A stretch of DNA of 64,000 nt, from positions 10,196,468-10,260,467 of the forward strand of contig CAVNZM010000004.1 of assembly GCA_963693365.1 (NCBI GenBank). Reading direction: 5' to 3'. This stretch comes from Amoebidium appalachense. Its lineage: Eukaryota > Protista > Ichthyosporea. Positions 45,266-64,000 of the stretch are shown in pieces (position 1 is the stretch's first letter; the number at the start of each line of letters is the position of its first letter). The position numbers and the translations under genes are program-made. The notes beneath the pieces were generated by a model that saw only the letters and a list, made by a program, of their open reading frames with translations, searched no databases and was not told where the DNA came from.

Positions 45266-47552
45266 CCATGTTGGGACGGGGTGCGAACCCAAGCAGCCCC
45301 CCCCCCCCCTCCCCCTCTGTACCTGGTGCCGATTCTTCCCTTTCGTCCTCAAAACACGCATACACACTGTCATTTCTACCATGTATATAAAAACCCAGTC
45401 CAAAACCATATGCACAAACATCCACACATAAGAAATCTGTAACATACTGCCCGTTTCGTTGGTTGTGGCTGTGCACCAAAAGGACGATTTGAACTAATGT
45501 CAGGTTTCTGGTGACCCCTGCAGTGGCTAGGGTACGTCATTTGAGAACTACTGGGTCTTTTTCGACTAATTCGATCCACGAGTTTTAGTATTATTTTGGT
45601 TTGTGTTGTGTGTGTGTGCGTGCGTCTGTGCATGCATTTGTACCTGCCTGTGTTGTATGTTTTGTCTGAGTGGTGTTGTGTGTGTGTGTGTTGGGGGGGG
45701 GGGGGGGGGGGGGGGGGAGGGGGGGGAGGGGGGGTTGTAAAGAATGAATGACGTGTTTGCTGTGTTTGTTCCCTCTCTTCGAATGGCACGAAGTACTTTA
45801 TAACAAGATCAATGCACGTGCTTTCAGGATGTACTCCTGATGCATTATGATCTAGAATTGTTATGCCTATGCTGATTTGAATCAAGTATTTGTGAGCTAT
45901 GTAATGGCTCGAAGTCCGTAGTATTTTGACCAGCTACGTATGTAGAAAAGAAGCACTTCACGATTGTGCTGTTGCCTGCTGCAAATAAAGTCATCGGAAA
46001 ACACAGCTCGAATGCCTCGAAGCTCGACCCAGGGTGGCACGAAGGTTTTGCCTTTGCACATATTTTCTCTGGAAGTGTCTTTGGACCCTTTTTGGTATTG
46101 CAGCTCGGTGTACGTGGCAACGCCAGCAACTACACACGTACAGCGTTGTATGACACATGTGGATTCAGGCACATGCATATGCACGCACGCACGGTCGCAC
46201 GCACGCAAGCACGAACACACACACACACACACGTATACACATAGACACCACATGTCACACTAACAGTTTACCGTGTGTGAGGTGTAGCACGTGCGAGGTG
46301 TATTCGTGAGAGACTGTGTCTGTTAGTGTGATATGTGGTGTGTCACATGATGTGTATACGTGTGTGTGTGTGTAAGTACTGTCTGTACTCTCACAAATGC
46401 ACCTCGCAGGTGCTACACCTCACACACGGCAAACTGAAAGTGCACACGCCCGCACACCAGCACACCCTCTTCGCCACACGAACACACACAGACGCACGCG
46501 CTCGCATGTGCGCACGCCAGGCAACTGCCTGAGCCAGCCTCAGCGAGGAGGTCTGCTGCGTAGAGGAAGTGAGCCGGATCGATTTAGCTGGATCCCCCAA
46601 AACTTGAGTGCTTGGTTGCGAGGGTGCATATCCAGGCCTGAACACAGTAACCAACACAGTAACACTAATAGGCCAGATAATATGTGTCATACGATGTCTC
46701 GTTTGTTCATAAGTAAAGGGAAAGTGTTGAGGATCATGACAGATTTACCGTACTGTCAATACAGGGATTTAAGATTTTTCAGTGTAGGGATTCTACCACT
46801 ATTTTTTGTAGGGGTTCCAGCCAAGAAAAACTGCCGCGCAGCCGCGCGCGCAATATGGGAAAAGTCCTGCACGCATTGCATGTATGAAGACGCGGATCCG
46901 TGCACAAGGGCATGGCCAACACCATTAGGTATTAGGTCTAAGGGGCGTTTTTTAAAGCTATTAGCTAAATACGCAACATACTGTACTGCACACGCGGAAA
47001 TGGATAGACAAAATTCCCGTGCGGGCCGTGGTTGAAATATTGAATATTTTGGTCGGGTTTTCCAAACCCACCTTGGGAGGTTTTGGGGTCTTCAAACCAC
47101 CCTCTCAACCAATCAATTCAGCGACATGTGTTACGCAAAGGATCTATGGAATGTGGTCTGTGGCAAAAAAAAGGTGACTCAGAGCCCGTAGTCGAGGTGT
47201 ACCTGTACAGAGTTTTTCGCAGGGGGAAAGAGAGAAAAAACGTTTCCATCTGGCCTATGCAAACACATAACGGCTGCAGAATCACGGAAGGCATTACAAG
47301 AACTATCTGAGCAATTTTTTTCGCCAACAAACATACCATAAAAGCTGAGATAGAGCCGAGCTTGGTTTGGTTGCACAACTGTCAAGAGCGTGGAGAGGCT
47401 GGAAAGGCTCGCACTCCTGTCAGTCAGAGATTTTCTTGCTCAAAGCAGAATTTTTTCCTTACATATAAAGCTCTCGGAGCTATTCAGCACAGTTCGCCTG
47501 AATCACGCTTACTCCAAAGGCAAGACTTAAGGCGTGCAGCAACCCGAAGACT

Positions 47553-62795
<15,243 letters not shown>

Positions 62796-62839
62796 TATTA
62801 GTCTGGTGTCCGTGTGTGTGTGGGGGTGAGGAGACGGGG

Positions 62840-62874
<35 letters not shown>

Positions 62875-63475
62875 CTAGTACTTGACAGGGGATGTTTGGT
62901 TATGTATGTATATTAATATTATATTTAGTGTGCACACAGCTCGCGCGCACGCACATCACACAGGTCTGTATACTTAGTGCATTGGTTTTCATGTGTATAT
63001 GTAAATTACGCTCTACACGGCCTCATTACTATGTGGCCCCTGCCACCGTGACCGTCGGCTTTGCCCATGATTCTCTGTCATATCTGTATAAACTGAAAAA
63101 ACACCACGTATCATCAGTGGCAATACGTGCAATGTGTAGACTTGCATTTCGAATTCGTCCGAGGAATATTAATAATAAAGTAAAAGATTCTTAAATGACA
63201 CGCACAGGTGTCCTATTACCTATGTAGGCCTACAATTCAGGAGGCGTTTGATAATCGGATCCAGCTGAGCATCCATCATTTTCTTCTTACTCTTCTTTCA
63301 AGTATTTTTTGATTGTCGCTGTGCAAGGGTCTGTGTGTGTGTGTGTGTGTGTGTGCTACACAGTGTCTGTGTCTGCCTGTGTCTATGTCAGGACCGTGTG
63401 TGTGCACATGCGCCATACATTGAATGTGGGCCGAAGTAGGTGCGCACGTGATGGGGACCGGGAGGAAAAGGGGTC

Positions 63476-63509
<34 letters not shown>

Positions 63510-63549
63510 GAAGGCGGCCCACCACCGGCTTCCTGTGGCAAGGGGGTCT

Positions 63550-63590
<41 letters not shown>

Positions 63591-64000
63591 CCCTCCCCCC
63601 CCCCCCTCCCCCCCCCCCCCCCCCCCCCCCTCCCCCCCCCCCCCCCCCCCCCCCCCCGCCCCGGCCCCGACGATGGTTTTATGCGATTTATTTATATCCG
63701 TTTATCCTCGATCACTAGCAACTGCATGTACAGTGGCACACATCATTTCAATTCCGTGACATTGAAGTGCTGGCTAATTAGAACGAAAATACTTAAGTTG
63801 GTGGTGGTGATAGTGGTGACAATGTGGTGACGTGTGTGTTTGTGGGGTGGGTGGATGGGAAAGGTGGGGGTGGGAGAGAGAGATGTGTGAAAGGCCTAGG
63901 CACCGTCAGACCCCCGGGGAGGAGCTATATTATTCACATTAAGGGCCTTTTATTAGAAAGAGGGTGGGGGGTTACCACTCTGAAACATCACTATCGAGAC

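Overview
Eukaryotic, very intron-rich genomic DNA saturated with homopolymer (Cn/Gn, An/Tn) and microsatellite ((CA)n, (CT)n) tracts, so nearly all ORFs in the supplied track are repeat artefacts. The SKI2 N-terminus is animal-like, so a unicellular holozoan (e.g. an ichthyosporean) is my inference. Manual splicing gives, all on the + strand: two tandem U3 snoRNA copies (first truncated by the window edge), a 4-exon CENP-V/GFA-family gene, a 6-exon questin-oxidase-family gene, a 41-exon SKI2/SKIV2L helicase gene with two GC-AG introns, and a ~19-exon Metallopep/YIL108W-like HExxH metallopeptidase carrying four internal beta-rich repeats. Most notable is a dispersed, sense-oriented intronic repeat (4 clear and 2 decayed copies). 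It has a covarying, apparently pseudoknotted RNA fold, all hammerhead-ribozyme core motifs in a non-standard strand order, a common 3' end and a poly(C)(+A) tail. The introns also show a consistent grammar (poly-C directly after donors, (CA)n directly before acceptors), and one SKI2 acceptor has been amplified into a minisatellite that was then hit by a piggyBac-like MITE. All coordinates and alignments were done by eye.
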